Assembly: GCA_002104905.1 (NCBI GenBank)
Contig: MCFE01000341.1
Span: 1-64,000 of the forward strand
Origin: Basidiobolus meristosporus CBS 931.73
Taxonomy: Eukaryota; Fungi; Basidiobolomycota
Length of the DNA: 64,000 nucleotides
Reading direction: 5' to 3'
Both the position numbers and the translations under genes were made by a program. Below the pieces are notes generated by a model. The model did not search any database, was not told the origin of the DNA, and worked only from the letters and a program-made list of their open reading frames with translations. Positions 15,194 to 30,937 of this stretch are shown here, in pieces (within the stretch, counting starts at the first letter, position 1; the number at the start of each line of letters is the position of its first letter).

Positions 15194-17662
15194 TTACTGG
15201 TTGGCAGAGGCCATCTTGTTCAAAGCAGAGCCCGCCTTGAACCAATCGATCTGGTTGTCGTTGAAGGTGTGGTTGACGGGAATGTCCACCTTTTCTCCGT
15301 TGTCCCGTTGGATACGAAGAGTCAAGGGCTTGCCGGGGGTGAAGCTGGTCAGTCCAATGATGGAGACATTGTCCGAAGGCTTGATCTTGTCGTAGTCCGC
15401 TGGGTTCGCGAAGGTCAGTGGGAGCACGCCCTGCTTCTTGAGATTGGTCTCGTGAATACGCGCGAACGACTTGGTGATCACCGCGATACCACCCAGATGG
15501 CGCACTTCAAGGGCCGCGTGCTCGCGAGATGAGCCTTCGCCGTAATTCTCGTCACCAATCACTACCCATCTGATGCCCTTGGCCTTGTAGTCTCTGGCGA
15601 CTGCAGGGACAGCATCGTACTCACCGGTGAGCTTGTTCTTGATTTTGTTGGCCTCGCCATTTTCGGAGTTGATGGCGCCAATCAACATGTTGTTGGAGAT
15701 GTTGTCCAAATGACCGCGGTACTTGAGCCAGGGCCCAGCCATGGAGATGTGGTCGGTGGTGCACTTTCCTTTGACCTTGATGAGAACGGGGAGGTTCTCG
15801 GCGTCCTTGCCATCCCATTTGCTGAAGGGCTGCAATAGTTGCAAACGGTTGCTGTCAGGTCGAACGCTCACCGAAATGGTGCTTCTGTCTTTGGGTGGCT
15901 CCTGATAGGTGTTCTCTCCGGGGTCGTATCCGCGAACGGGAAGCTCGTCACCATGGGGAGGTGTGAACTTGAATTTCTTGCCGTTGGAGTCGGTAAGTTC
16001 GTCCTTCAATGGGTTGAATCGAAGATCTCCGGCAAAGGACATGGCAGTAACGATTTCAGGTGAGGCCACGAAGGAGTGGGTAGCGGGGTTACCGTCATTT
16101 CTACCGGTGAAATTCCTATTATAGGAAGTGATGATGGAGTTCTTTTCTCCCTTCTTCACGTCCTGGCGATCCCACTGGCCGATGCATGGGCCACAGGCGT
16201 TGGCGAGGACGATGCCGCCCGCCTTGTTGAACACATCCATTTGACCGTCACGCGAGATCGTAGCACGGATTTGCTCGGAGCCGGGGGTAATGGTAAATTT
16301 GGATTTGACTTGGATACCGTGGTCGAGTGCCTCTTGCGCTAGAGAGGCGGAGCGCGACATGTCTTCGTAGGAGGAGTTGGTGCATGAGCCAATCAAGCCG
16401 ACCTTGAGTTCAGTGGGCCAGTTGTTTTGCTCGACCGCCTCCTTGAACTTGCTGATCGGTGTGGCAAGGTCAGGGGTGAAGGGGCCGTTGATGTGTGGCT
16501 CCAACTCGTCCAGATTGATCTCGATGATCTGGTCATACTTTGCGTTTTCGTCGGCCTTCAGGTTGTATGCGAACTGCTCGGATGCTTTGGCAATATGGTC
16601 ACGGTTGGTGGCACGGAGGTAATCTCCCATGCGTTTGTTGTATGGGAAGACCGAGGTGGTTGCCCCGATCTCCGCACCCATGTTACAGATGGTAGCCATG
16701 CCGGTGCAAGACAGACTCTCGACGCCAGGTCCAAAATACTCGACAATGGCTCCAGTACCGCCCTTGACGGTCAAGATGCCAGCGACCTTCAGGATAACAT
16801 CCTTTGGCGAGGTCCATCCGTTGATCTTACCGGTTAACTTGACTCCAATGACCTTGGGGCACTTGAGCTCCCAAGGGATATCCGCCATAACGTCCACGGC
16901 GTCAGCGCCGCCAACACCGATGGCACACATACCGAGGCCACCTGCGTTGGGTGTGTGCGAGTCGGTACCAATCATAAGACCACCGGGGAATGCGTAGTTC
17001 TCAAGAATGATTTGATGAATGATCCCCGATCCTGGTCTCCAGAAGCCAAGCCCGTATTTGGCGGTACAGGTGGCCAAGAAGTCGTAGACCTCTTTGTTCG
17101 TATCCTTGGCCCTGGCCAGATCCTTTTCGCCCCCGATCTGGGCCTCGATCAGGTGATCGCAGTGCACGGTAGAGGGGACGGCGACGGTGGGCAGTCCAGC
17201 AGACATAAACTGCAGCAACGCCATTTGGGCAGTTGCATCTTGGCAGGCAACGCGATCGGGGCGAAGTTTAAGGTAGGTTGCACCGCGTTCGATTTCTTGG
17301 TTCTTTGCGTCGTCCAAATGCCCATAAATGATCTTCTCGGCCAAGGTGAGTGGGTGGTTCAGCCTGGAGACATGAGTTAGTATACCAGGGCAGCAATGGG
17401 CGTGGTTATGGTACCCACCGTTTTCTAATCACCGCCAGGTTGTCCTCGATCCTTTGGTAGTTGATGTATTTGTCTTTCTCAAGGTTGGATATGGATACCT
17501 TCTGGGGGACGGTGCCACCAACGGCGGTGGCCAGATTTCTGGCAGCAACGGCCTTGTAAACAGAAGGGGAAATGCTCTACAAACAAATCGGTTTAGTCGA
17601 GGTTGGAAGATCACGAGCAAATACGTTCATACTCTAGCAGCACGGGCGAACGATAACACCAT
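15194..17662 (-). CDS. ACO1: Mitochondrial aconitate hydratase
   Basis: [90 protein letters not shown]. Short 5' exons [10 protein letters not shown]| and ...[24 protein letters not shown]. Confidence 0.96.
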
Positions 17663-18586
17663 GTTGGTGAAAGTAAGAGTAGAAGAGCAGTGAGGCTGTG
17701 ACGAGAATGGGCGGGGAGTCAGGGTATTTGTATGTTTTTGCAGCCCCCACATTCAATCACCCTGATAAAGCCACTGTAGTTGTTACCCCAAATCACTGGT
17801 AAATTAGGCCAGGAATTGGATACAAACATCACGAGCAACTTGTCAGGCCGACGGTATCAAACAATTACGTCAATTAGAGTCGGTTCGGGTAGGAAAGGGC
17901 TATGTTGTCGGAATAGGAAAGGGTTATGTGCAATGTGTTATTGCTCTCAGCTCATTTGGGGAACGTTTGCTTAACCCTTTCCTATTTAGACTCCGATGGT
18001 ATATTACATTTCCCCCCAAAACATTTCCTGGTCTTCGCCATCGTGCCACGAATGAACCGCTTTGTTTCAGCAGTGTCTTGTTTGATTCACATGGAGGGTT
18101 AGGGCTAGGGGGAGGGGGAGGGGTTAGGGCCAGAACAACGCATCCATCCAATGCTAAAGTTAGGTTGGTTTGTTTGCGTAATTTAGCCGCAATCAATAAC
18201 TGGTTACATGACCCGTCACCCATCACCCGTCACCCGTCACCTATCCCCGACTGGTCCAAAATCACCCCACGCCATACAAGTCACTTGACGCTTACACATG
18301 CCACTCTTCCAACTCTTGGGAGCCCCGCATAAATTTTGAGGACGATACTGTACGTGGGTAGAATGGAAGGAACTACTTGGTGCATATCGGATATGCAGTA
18401 ATCACCACTCATCTCCGAAACACAATCCCGGCAGGTGTCAGGTAGGGGAGGGGGGTTGAGCCGGCAATGTGCGGTCAATTATGCTTGTGAGATGCGGCTT
18501 CTATGCAGCGTTTAATAACAAAATGGCTTATCAATGGGGAATCTAGTTGTATATGATACAAAGCAAGGTATAGTGTATATGAGCCT

Positions 18587-20353
18587 CTAGCTGGCCGGGT
18601 TGCTACGTCGATATTCGTCTCTGGCCTTGGATATGATTCTATGGGTGGATCGCCGTTCGTACAGGGATTTCACGATGCCGACGATGAAGAAATCATCGTT
18701 GTTGATGGGGATTTTCCCGTTGAGAAAGCTCATGATTTCCTCGAATCCCATTTTGAGCAACGTCGCTAAACATCCAGATGAGTATTTTGCCGGAACCAAA
18801 CCCTATACAGAACACTACCTTCATGATACTTCAGCAAAGCTACCGATACGCAGATCAGCATGTCGAGCCCATGCAATAGGAACACATCCCAGATTCTCAG
18901 GGAGGTTTGGTGTGGTACAACGCCAGCCAAAAAGAGGGTGAGATACCACCGAGCGGCGAAATAGCTTAGCTGAACATCAAGCTTATTCTGGATTGGAGGT
19001 GAGGTTAGGGACTTGATGACTCGTATCATTTGATTTCAACAATTACCAGGTGATTGAGCAGTTTGGCCGAATGCTTCTTCATGAGCCTGGCTTGAACATA
19101 GAATGTCTCCATCAGCTTGGGGAAACCAGGGAGATACATTTCCCGCAAAGAGTAGTGCTGAAACAGACAAATGAAGGCGACAAACGATTTCTACGGGCAG
19201 GTCAGTGGTGGTCGAGTGATGTGTTGGTCGAGCCTCCTTACCTCCTCTGACATGTACGCAAGTAATGCGGATGCAACACTGGCCATTCCTTGGCAATAGC
19301 CGACCTCCTGGTCGTAATTGGAAAACGAGGTCAACACTTTGAACAACATTTGCTGTCTGTCCAAGAATCATTGTTAGTAGGAAATAATGGGCGATGTGTG
19401 TAGAGGCTGTACCGACCCGAGTCCATATCTTTGTTTGAACAAGATGTTATCCTGCAGGGTGCGCGGAATATCCAAATCGATTTGAACCTCGTCTTTCGAT
19501 TCTATGGTGGAGAGCGTCTATTCGGATTGGTGTTGGCATAAGCATGGCTCGGCAGGGAATGTGCTGAGTATAGTGGCCATTACCTTGTACTCGTTGGTAA
19601 GACTAATTTCGGTTTTGGTGTCAATTTTCCGGGTGGCCAGAAAATACCTGGATTGGACTTGTTAGTGCAGATTCCCAACTCCACCGCCCCCCCCCCCCCG
19701 ATGTTACTCACCAGTACTCACCACGCCAGCAATCAGGGACACCCTTGTAAGTTCTTCTCACCAGCTAGTTGTGGACAAAGATATAATTAAACCCATTGAT
19801 AAGCCAACAATAAACCGTCACTTACCTTCCGACTCTCCTTGAAAGAGTACAGCCGAAGGTTGGAGAGGCCTAGCGTTTTACTCAACACCATCTCCTTCCA
19901 CTTTAAAGCACGCCTCGCCTCTTTCTCTAGCGAGCTAACGGGTTCTGGTTAGCAAACCAAGCTAGGTACCATAAACAAGGCAGGAATAGATTACCTCGAA
20001 GTGGAGGAGGCGCTGTCGTCGTCGGCGAAGAACCCGTATCGGTCTACTTGACCAGCAAGTTCGTCCAAGTCCAGGATTCCTTCGGATAGATAGGTGGAGC
20101 CGGACTGGTATGACATCCGGATTTCGGAACGCGACGTAGAGTACGTAGAGAGGTTTCGTCTTCGATTGACGACGGTGTCCTGTTCGTCGGTCGTGGAAGC
20201 TTGTGAGTATGACCCGGTGTCCTCAGCCTCCACCTGTGGTGTAGGTGGTAGTTCCTTCAAATCCAACTCGAACTGGATCCCGATTTTCCCATCTGTCTCG
20301 AGCACTTCGGTCATGACGGGGCACCAAAACTTGAGGGAGTTGCCTGGATTCAA
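18587..20353 (-). CDS. TBC-domain Rab GTPase-activating protein, multi-exon; 5' end uncertain
   Basis: VDRYGFF; QIDLDIPRT encoded near 19460-19490; YFAARWYLTLF...PHQTSLRIWDVFLLHG; LLKMGFEEIMSFL. Confidence 0.8.
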
Positions 20354-20773
20354 CGGATGCTTTTTCCGGTATTTATATACACTGGACGTAGAAGAGAAGT
20401 GGCGGTGGGGCTTTTCACACTAGCGTAAAAGAGACTGACTTGAGTGCTTTGAAGGGCGACTCTAAGCAATCATAATAGATTTCCGAGGAATGGTTGGGCT
20501 TGGCTGTAGTGACTATGACCACGGACACCCATCCAACCAATCAGATCAGGCACCACGGAGAAATTCTGTTTTGCACAAAAACAATCAGCACAGGTTTCGC
20601 AGGTGACTCCAAATGGTGATTCCAAATCAATCACCTCACCCACTTCCCACCCACTTCCCTGACAAGCACACCCATCCATATTAATCCAAGGATACGGGAT
20701 TTATTGAACAAGATAGAAAATGACAAAGTATGTATAACTCAATTCGATTCGATTTGATTCAAGGAATTCCATT

Positions 20774-21565
20774 TCAAGCGGTTTCGGTGGTTTGTGTTGG
20801 AGAGTCAGCGTTCTCTTTATGCTTGAGGACATCTTCTTTGATCAACAACTCCTCCAATTGACCCGACTGATGCATATTCAGAACAATATCGCACCCGCCA
20901 ACGAACTCCCCCTTGACGTAGACTTGTGGGATGGTAGGCCAGTTGCTACAATCATGGTGAGTTCCAGGGATTTCCATCACTGCGCTAGTGGGGACACACT
21001 TACGAGTATTCCTTGATGCCGTTTCTAAGTTCGGGATCTTCGAACACGTTGTAGGCCTTGAGGTCTTTGATATCTGCGTTTTCCAACCAGTTTAGTATGC
21101 GAGGGGTCAGGGTTGGGTAGAAACCACAGGAGACATAGTACCGTAGAGATTGAGAATGGACGAAACTGCTTTGCTGAAGCCGCACTAGTGGTTGGTTCGA
21201 ATTAGCTCTACTCTGCGCAGTTGCGAGACAACGGCAGACCCTTACCATAGGCTCCTCGGGTGTGCCTTTCATAAACAAGCAGACGTCGTTTTCTTTGATG
21301 GTCTAGATACGAACGGAACGCTCAGCCAACGTTACTCACGCACGCTGAAAACACCTCTTGATGAAGTACCTTGTCAAGTTTGTGACGAAGCTCGTCTGAC
21401 AGGAATCTAACGGAGCATGCCACACGGGGGGCAATGGCGATTCGACCCGAAGAGGCCAAGAGGGAGCTGGAGGAGAGAAACTGGGACACCAAGTTAGTGA
21501 CACACCGCGAACCCGTAAGCACACGCGAGAACTCATACCAGGCGGGGGGCGAGTTTTGAAAACAT
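20774..21565 (-). CDS. GRX5: Mitochondrial monothiol glutaredoxin
   Basis: Presequence MFSKLAPRL|FLSSSSLL...[13 protein letters not shown]; [13 protein letters not shown] then CGFS exon; [17 protein letters not shown]|[20 protein letters not shown]. Confidence 0.92.
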
Positions 21566-22293
21566 GGTGTGACTGTAGTGGGCAAGAAACTAGAGGGTTG
21601 AAGCAAGCCAGCACGCGATAATATAAAATTATATGCGACCAACACCAAGGTCTGGATGAATCTTGTGGCGAGAAAAAATTCCGCACTCGTAGTATTCAAT
21701 CCATTCGGCATTGTAAAATGCGAAGTTTAATCTGTCCCCCTCTCCGCCAATCACATCTCGGTGCTTCCTGAATCGGCACTCGGTGTGACCAATTGGTTTT
21801 GGTCGAGATTTGGGGAAGATGTCAAGTTAGCGGTCATGAAGTCCGATCTTGGAGTGATGAAATCCAATGTCGTGTTTCCCGAGCTTGCTTCGAGATGTGG
21901 TTACGTCGACGATGAGCCGATGAGCAACCAGGTAGCGGTTCTGCTACCGGTAACGTTAACGGTAATGGTACTTTCCCTTGGAGTGCCACAAGTCACATAG
22001 GTGTGCATGGGTGTATATTGTCATTGTTCGGGTCTTTCAACTCATAAAAAACTTCTAATTTGGGGCGTGAAAGAATGTCTTGTAAAAGGGAGGGCAACAA
22101 GGTATCTAACAAAGCAAAGAAAAAACCTATCGGTCGGAAGAGCGGATTAAACCGATAGTAATAAGGGCAGTATGGAAGAGGGTTGGAGATAGAGCATGGT
22201 TGCGATAGCGTAGGATTATTATTCGAATGACTGATATGATGATGCTGAGGTAAACATACAATAATGCTGTGATGGTCTTCTATAACAGTTGGC

Positions 22294-24028
<1,735 letters not shown>

Positions 24029-25355
24029 GACGGAAGGAGTTACTTTTCACTAGTCTACAGTCACTTTTACCAGAACCACCAGAAAATCCAAATCAAACAA
24101 TCAAGCGGCAAAGAAATTGGTAAAGGTTGCGAACCAAATGATTCGAAGAAAATGGGATAAAATCTTCGTAACGCTCAATGCCGTTGATAAACTCCACGAA
24201 GGAAATCCCCAAAAATGGAAGGCATTCCAGTGGTTGGCCAACTTTCGTCTAGCATATTCAACACAATGATTTGGCCGTATTACAAGATGCCTAATCCCAC
24301 ACGGAGCCTCGTGAGATATTCGGGAACACTCTAACTCGCATATACTCTAACCTAACTACAATTGTCAATCCGAAGGGCTGATTGGCTAGTGCACCCCGAA
24401 GAATTTGCTAAATTTGCGCTGATCAGGATGCGAACTGATTGGATACAACCGGGAGATCCTGTCTACTAGTATTTTTATGAAGCAGAACTCGGCAGCATCG
24501 AAGCACTTTTCGTGGGTCCTGAGTCGTCATCAGGAGTTCAGAAGCGTTGGACAGAATCAAGATGATTACTATAGTAGTTCACCCTCTCGGAATCAAATCA
24601 ATGCGCTGGATATCCAAAAGCATCTGTCCAGTCTGTAAAAGGTTCCTAGACGAATGGTGACTAATAATGGCCGAAAATAAGCCGATTCAGCGGGGATGAT
24701 GGTTGCCTAAACCGCGGATGGTTCAGTAATAAAAATAGCAATTCGCCCTGAATCTCGTGAAAGCCGACGAATACCTCATGGACTTGGTTGCTACCAAAAA
24801 CAAAGTCAATGGCCATGTTAAGCGAATCGTATGGTGTAATCATGTCTATTTTCGCCCATTTCCAAAACCGCGGCTGCCAGAATTGGCAAGTCCATCAACG
24901 CTCATTTGGCCAATTCCGCTCTGGGTAATGACGGCCTCAGTTACTTGCATCTTCTCATGATTATATGCGACATCTACCCAGAATCGAATCTAACAGTCAT
25001 CCAATGGCCATATCAAATTGGCGTTATAGCTGAACTTACCTGTCTCCAATCCGATCCACTTTTGATTATGAGTGTCACTCCCGGATATGGCAATAAGGGG
25101 ATTCCCATCACGGTAATATGATCGTATGAATAAGTGCGATCTCCGCATCTATTGTTTATCGTCGTGGACTACAAAACCTAATCTGCTTCTGGTTCAACCT
25201 CGTTATTGACTCTTGTTTTCCTTAGTCTCCAGAGCCTAGCAATCCCAAAGCCCCAATTCGCCCCTTGATAGTACCAAAAAACCACCCTGCAGAGTAGCGC
25301 GCCTGCTTCAAAGCTCAGGCATTGGTGAATAAACAGACAGTTTAGCTATACTATA

Positions 25356-27337
25356 ATGATACGTGGTGAGCAGCTAAAGCAGTACATAGAGGAGAGTTTG
25401 CAATATGATGTCCGGGACGTCGAACAATTCTATTCGAAAACGAAAGCGAGCAAAATAAGCTTCACCCTTGATCTGGAGCATCAACTCAACGTAGTACACT
25501 CCTCCTCCGATCTGGTCGCTGAAATACTCGTTTCTTGGTTATCTTCACCGGAGACGCAAGCCCTCCTAAGAAAACACCTCTCGGAAAGACTTACCGACAA
25601 GGTGCTGAGTTCCCTACCTGAGGGATATTTCGTTGAGAAGAAACCAAAGCAGTTTGATATCCCCTTGCATCCCGGCTCTTATAAGCGACGGGAATTACGG
25701 GAGTATGTGGCGAAGAGTTGGCAGTATCTAACCGGTAGGTCTTGGGGGTTTTTGGCCCCACGAACCCACCCATCATTCCTGGCTTAACTAACGTTTCTCT
25801 GCAGGTGTGAGTCGGCCGAATTATACCAACCCGAAAAAGCGCCCCAAGAACATGCCTAAACATATCCCTTGGAAAGACCCTCTCTTCATGTCAATACCAC
25901 AGCTCCGTTTAGCAAGCCAATGGCTATCGTACATCATCGATGGGATTACCGCCAAACGTATATCTCCAGGTGGGCTAGTTTCGATTCGAGCATGCGTTGT
26001 ATGCCAATCACTGACCTATTCTTATAGACCAGTTTAGGGACAGCGGGATAGACGATTCCGTCAAAGCGGAGGTAATAAAGGGGATCAGAACCGTCAAGAA
26101 ATCGGACAAGTTCAAGCTCAACTTCAACAAAAGCGAGATTCCCAAGTTTACCGACTCCATCATGCCCCCGATATTGGGGCCGCCCATAGCAAGGGACTAC
26201 ATGGTTTCTAGCGAAGGTCCCAGGCGAGTAAGTTGTGATGTAATTCGATGGGATGGCTCGTGCCCGGCATTTAATATACAATCGAACAACCAAGATCCCG
26301 AGAGAAACGAGAGGAGTGTTCGTGATTCTCGACCAAGGTCAATGAGTAACATCGAGATTGGAGAGGTCCAAAGGGCGAGCGGCAGAGAGAGCCTCACGGC
26401 CAATGAGCCCTATCAGCCATTTCATACGCTCTCGTTCTCATCCAAGAGCCTCAAATCGAGCTCCCAGGTCCTACCCTTGGCAAACCAAGGCGGGCTGCAG
26501 TTCGTCATGAAGCCTGTGAACCAGCTGTCTATGCAGACGCTCCCTTTCAAAGTGAAGCCTAGCAGTGAGGTTTCTAATGCCCAGAATCCCTCGAATGGCG
26601 ATTCGTTGGAGCAGAATGATCTGCCTCGATCTTCTCAGTATCAATTCGTTGCGCACCAAGTGTCAGGTAGAGATGCCCCTGGGCATCAGCCCCCGGCAGC
26701 TTCAAATTACCCAATTCCTGGTGCATTGCCGCCAGTGCAAACCCCTACGCCAACCTCGCAACCGCTTTACGGTTCCCATATTATCCCCGCTCAAGACACC
26801 ACTGGCTCGCCCAAATCTGAAGGCGGGAAGCAGTCCAGGAAGAACTCCGTAGCGAAATCTCCGAAGAAGAAGAGAAAGAAGAGCGAGGAATTTAAGATCA
26901 CGCTTCCCCCTCCTGCCACGAACGGCCCTAGAAACCGCCGTTTGTCACTGGGGGCGAAGGCCGGGGACAGCGCGTCCACGCAGTTCGTTTTTGTTTCTTA
27001 TCCGGAACGAAGGGCCTCTGTCAGCTCCGTGGCAAATCCTGGGAATGCACCTGCCTCGGTACTCGCCCCATCAAACACCAGCCATACCAGCACCAGCTCA
27101 TTTAGTGGTGGGAGTGGGCCGGATGGAAAGGTGACTCCAAGCGGGTCCCCGGAACCGGCTGTGCACCAGGATTCATCTCCGACAACGAAGGAGTCGCCAA
27201 AATCCCTCACCTTCCATAATTTTGTCCCACCTAGCGATGGAGTGGCCACGAGAGCGAAGACAAGGAAGAAGAGTCTATCGGGTGGAAAGAAGAGGCAATT
27301 CGCCTTTTCCGAGTACATGAAATCCTCGCCATCTTGA
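25356..27337 (+). CDS. Hypothetical multi-exon protein with long S/P-rich C-terminus; probably extends upstream to ~24.5 kb
   Basis: Consecutive + ORFs joined by GT-AG-like junctions (25374-25737, ~25806-25954, ~26029-27337). Candidate upstream exons at 24757-24890 and ~24980-25111. No family recognised. Confidence 0.55.
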
Positions 27338-28599
27338 GCCCCATGCCGTTGTATCTATCCCTCCTCACCCGGATTTGAATCCCCAACCCACCTGTATAGA
27401 CCATTTTATCTTTCGTTTTAGACCGATGTGGAATCCCTTCCCCCTACGAAACACACACCGCTGGTCGATGCCCATCCCACCGGCGGCTCGTCCCTTTCCT
27501 GTACTCCTTTAATCCCGGCAACCGAGTTGCGTTAGGGTGGATGTGAGGTTGGTTTTCTCTTGCGTTCTCGTTGCCCGATCTGCAGTCCCTCGAACTTTGT
27601 AAATAAATCCAGTGTAGCTGAAGCAGATGATCGAGTACTTTCGGTGCCCGTGCCCGTGCCACATTGCTCCTGCCCTTCTGGGATAGGGAATGTGGCTACT
27701 TCATGGTGGGGCGGCCCGCCGATGGTCCATCGGATGAATCACGTGCCCGGGGCCTACCAAGCCTTCAGCGCCCGTTGGTAGCACCGCTTTTGAGTGGGGT
27801 TTCGGAAAATTGAGAGGAGCTCCAAGCATGCGCCTGGGGAACTCCCGCATTAACCCTGATGAAGATTTGATGGAATTCCACCCTATATGTAGTACTCAAA
27901 ACCAGTGAAAATGCCAATGGTGTAAGGTTTGTTTGTTGTCATCGCGTGAGGGTTCAGCGCAGGGGGGGGGGGTGGTGATAATTGTTACCTATGGTGGTGT
28001 GCCCTAATATGACCACCATACCCTGACTTTTCCCAGGTCGGATTCTGGCTGGTGTAGGCCAGCAATGCCCGCTAGGAGTGATTGACAATTCTGGAAACTC
28101 TCAAGGCTTTCAAGTCTTCCCAGATGACCTCCAAGTTAGGTGGACAGCTTCCTGAGATCCCCCACAAACCACTTGCATTATGGCTGCTGCAAAGCACTAG
28201 AAGAATCTATCCACACTTTGTGCACACAGTAAGCCAGTAATCACCCCACCAGTCTACTGGTTACCTCTGTTGCTTTGAGCACTCTATCGTAAATTTTGTA
28301 CCTACACCACATTATTTCCAACCCAATCTCTTTGTTGGCCTTCATTGCAATGATTTTCTCCAAACTCTTGGTTGGGAATTACCTGGATATCAGGTGCCCG
28401 GATAATTAGTCCCTAAATCGCTTTTGATTGGTTCTCTGCCATTTCTCTCATTTCCTGATCCCACACACTCAGTTGTCTCCTTTGTCTGTGTACATTGATT
28501 GGCGATTGCCTCTTTTTCAGACTGCCTACTAACTGGCTCTACTGGTGCTCCTACATTGAACCAGACCCCATACTCAAGTAACTCCACTAAAATCCACCT

Positions 28600-29495
28600 A
28601 ACTTGGTCACTTGGACCATTACCTACAAATCTTGGAGAATTCTGTCCAAATTCCATGTGGGGATTTACTTGGAATATTTTCACCAAACACCAGGTACCCC
28701 AAACATGAGAATCCTTAAATTAGTTCAAGTGGCCCCAGACTCTGCGTACATGTTCCTAGTGCTGTAAGAGTCTTGGAGATATTGGAAGTGATTGGGAGAA
28801 CAAGTGGATTATGTAGCTTTCACTTGTTAATTTGTTGAATGTAAAGTAGTAGTTATACTTACACATTGTCTTGGCATACTAAAAGTGTAGAGAATGTTTA
28901 GGAAGGTCCCAAAAGCATATGTGCAAAGCTTGAGGTGGTTTGCACAACTTTGAGAAATCTCATGTTCTGGGTAGCTGATGTTGTGCTGAAAATATTCCAT
29001 GTAAATCCTGACAAGTAATTTAGTCAATATTCACTACAATTGGTGGGCAATGATCTAAGTGACTAAGTTAGGTGAATATTTGAGTGAAATTGCAAGTTTT
29101 TGCAACACTCCTACTTGACTAAATACTCACACTGACTAGTCCTAACTTGTGGTAAGAGTCTTGGAGATATTGGAAGTGATTGAGAGAGCAGGTAGATTAT
29201 GTGGCTTTCACTCAATGATTTATTGAATGTAAAACTGATATTTATACTTTTACATGATCATGGCATAGCAAGTGTGTAAAATTGGTTTAGGAAGGTCCCA
29301 AGAACATGTGTGCAAAGTTTGGGGCTGTTTGGACAACTTTGAGAATTTTCATGTTCTGAGCAACTGATATTTTGTTGAGTATATTCCAAGTAGATCCCAA
29401 CAAGAAATTTGGTCAGTATTTTCTAGTATTTGAAGGTACTGATCTAAGTGACTCAGTTAGGTGAATATCTAGGTGGAATTGTGTGTTGTAAGAGC
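28600..29495. repeat. Stack of copia LTR copies and fragments (partial + LTR ~28600-28759; - LTRs 28760-29107 and 29148-~29482; LTR stub at 29484)
   Basis: Each matches the 348-bp LTR of the element at 30938-35617 (tg.tgtaagagtcttggagatattggaagtg...). 29108-29147 carries a degenerate PPT and the pol 3' end. Confidence 0.85.
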
Positions 29496-29739
29496 CCTAA
29501 TGTCAAAGACAAATTGCTAACTCAATACTCAAGTGCAAAAATAACAAAAAATGCCTGGAAGGCATTAGAAGACATGCACAGTCATGTTCAGCTGCTAAGA
29601 AAATGAATCTTAGAAAAAAGTTCCTCACTACAATGATGCGACCAGGAGTAGAAATGAGAAATCTAATTAACAGAGCTACCTGGTTGGTTGATGAGTTGTA
29701 ATCTGTGGGCTTACCAACTATTGATGAAGATGTGATAGT

Positions 29740-30442
29740 TGTTGAAATTACTAAGTTGTCACCTAAATACTCATGCTAACTTAGTCACATAGATCTTATT
29801 CTTTGAGCAGCATTCTGTACTGACCAAATTTCTTGTTGGAAATTACATAGAATACTTTCACCAAATTATTGTTGTAAAAATTTGCAATTGCACCTAAATA
29901 TTCACCTGACTTAGTCACTTTGATCATTACCTTCAAATCCTAAGGAATACTGACCAAATTCCTTGCTGGAATTTACTTGGAATATTTTCACCAAAATACC
30001 AGGTACCTAGAACATGAAAATTCTCAAAGTTGTCCAAACAGCCCCAAACCTTGCACCCATATTCTATGGACCATCTTTTGCTTATTCTACATGTTTGCTA
30101 TGCCAAGACCATGTAAAAGTATAAATACTACTCTTACATTCAATAAACCGTTAAGTGAAAACTACTTAATCTACTTGTTCTCCCAATCACTTCCAGTATC
30201 TCCAAGACTCTTACAACAATTATCAGGTACCCAGATTGTGAACTTTCTCAAAGTTGTCCAAAAGCCCCCAAACCTTGCATACATACTCTTGGGACCTTCC
30301 TTAGCAAACTCTTCATGCTTGTTTACTCTACTTCATCAAATGTATAAACACCATACTTTTGATCAGTAAACTTACAAGTGAATAGCATGTAAATCCTCTG
30401 GGTTTCCACATCACTTCCAATACCTCTCAGAGTATTGAAACA
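29740..30442 (+). mobile_element. Solo LTR (diverged LTR-B subfamily) inserted in a + strand copia gag fragment and itself interrupted by another solo LTR
   Basis: TG...CA ends; perfect 5-bp TSD ATAGT at 29735-29739 and 30443-30447. Flanks are contiguous gag (...DEDVIV|AILNSLTD...). Similar to the LTR at 51940. Confidence 0.85.
29870..30218 (+). mobile_element. Solo copia LTR (349 bp)
   Basis: TGTTGTAA...TTACAACA termini; perfect TSD ATTAT at 29865-29869 and 30219-30223. Confidence 0.9.
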
Positions 30443-30937
30443 ATAGTTGCCATCCTCAATAGTCTGACAGACAAGCTTCAGGGCCTTGTATCAGCCCTAG
30501 AGCTCAGACCCAAAGATTTGATCTTAAATTATATATTTGTATGGCTTCTGGATGAAGTATTAAGAAAATCTAGCGCCAATAAGAAGGAAGAAGAAGTGCT
30601 CAAATAAGCAATGATTACAATAAAAGCTTTGTAGGAGTCTTGGAGATATTGGAAGTGACTTGGGAGAACAAGCAGATTATGTGGTTTTCACTTAATGATT
30701 TATTGAATGTAAAAGCAGTATTTATACTTTTACATAGACTTGGCTTTACAAGCATGTACAATGGGCCAAGAAAGATCCCAAGACTCTGTGTGCAAAGTTT
30801 GGGGCTGCTTGGACAACTTTGAGAATATTCATGTTCTGGTTACCTGGTATTTTGGTGAATATGTTCCAAGTAAATCCCAACAAGGAGTTTGGTTAGTATT
30901 CCCTAAGATTTGAAGGAAATGATCCAAGTGACTAAGT

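Noticed and set aside
27444-27781. Short ORFs just before the repeat boundary
   Set aside because: No start or splice support and no homology recognised.
27961-27972. Poly-G run at the gene/repeat boundary as a possible telomere or assembly join
   Set aside because: No telomeric repeat is present; a join cannot be judged without reads, and some CpG persists to ~28.8 kb, suggesting a natural transition.
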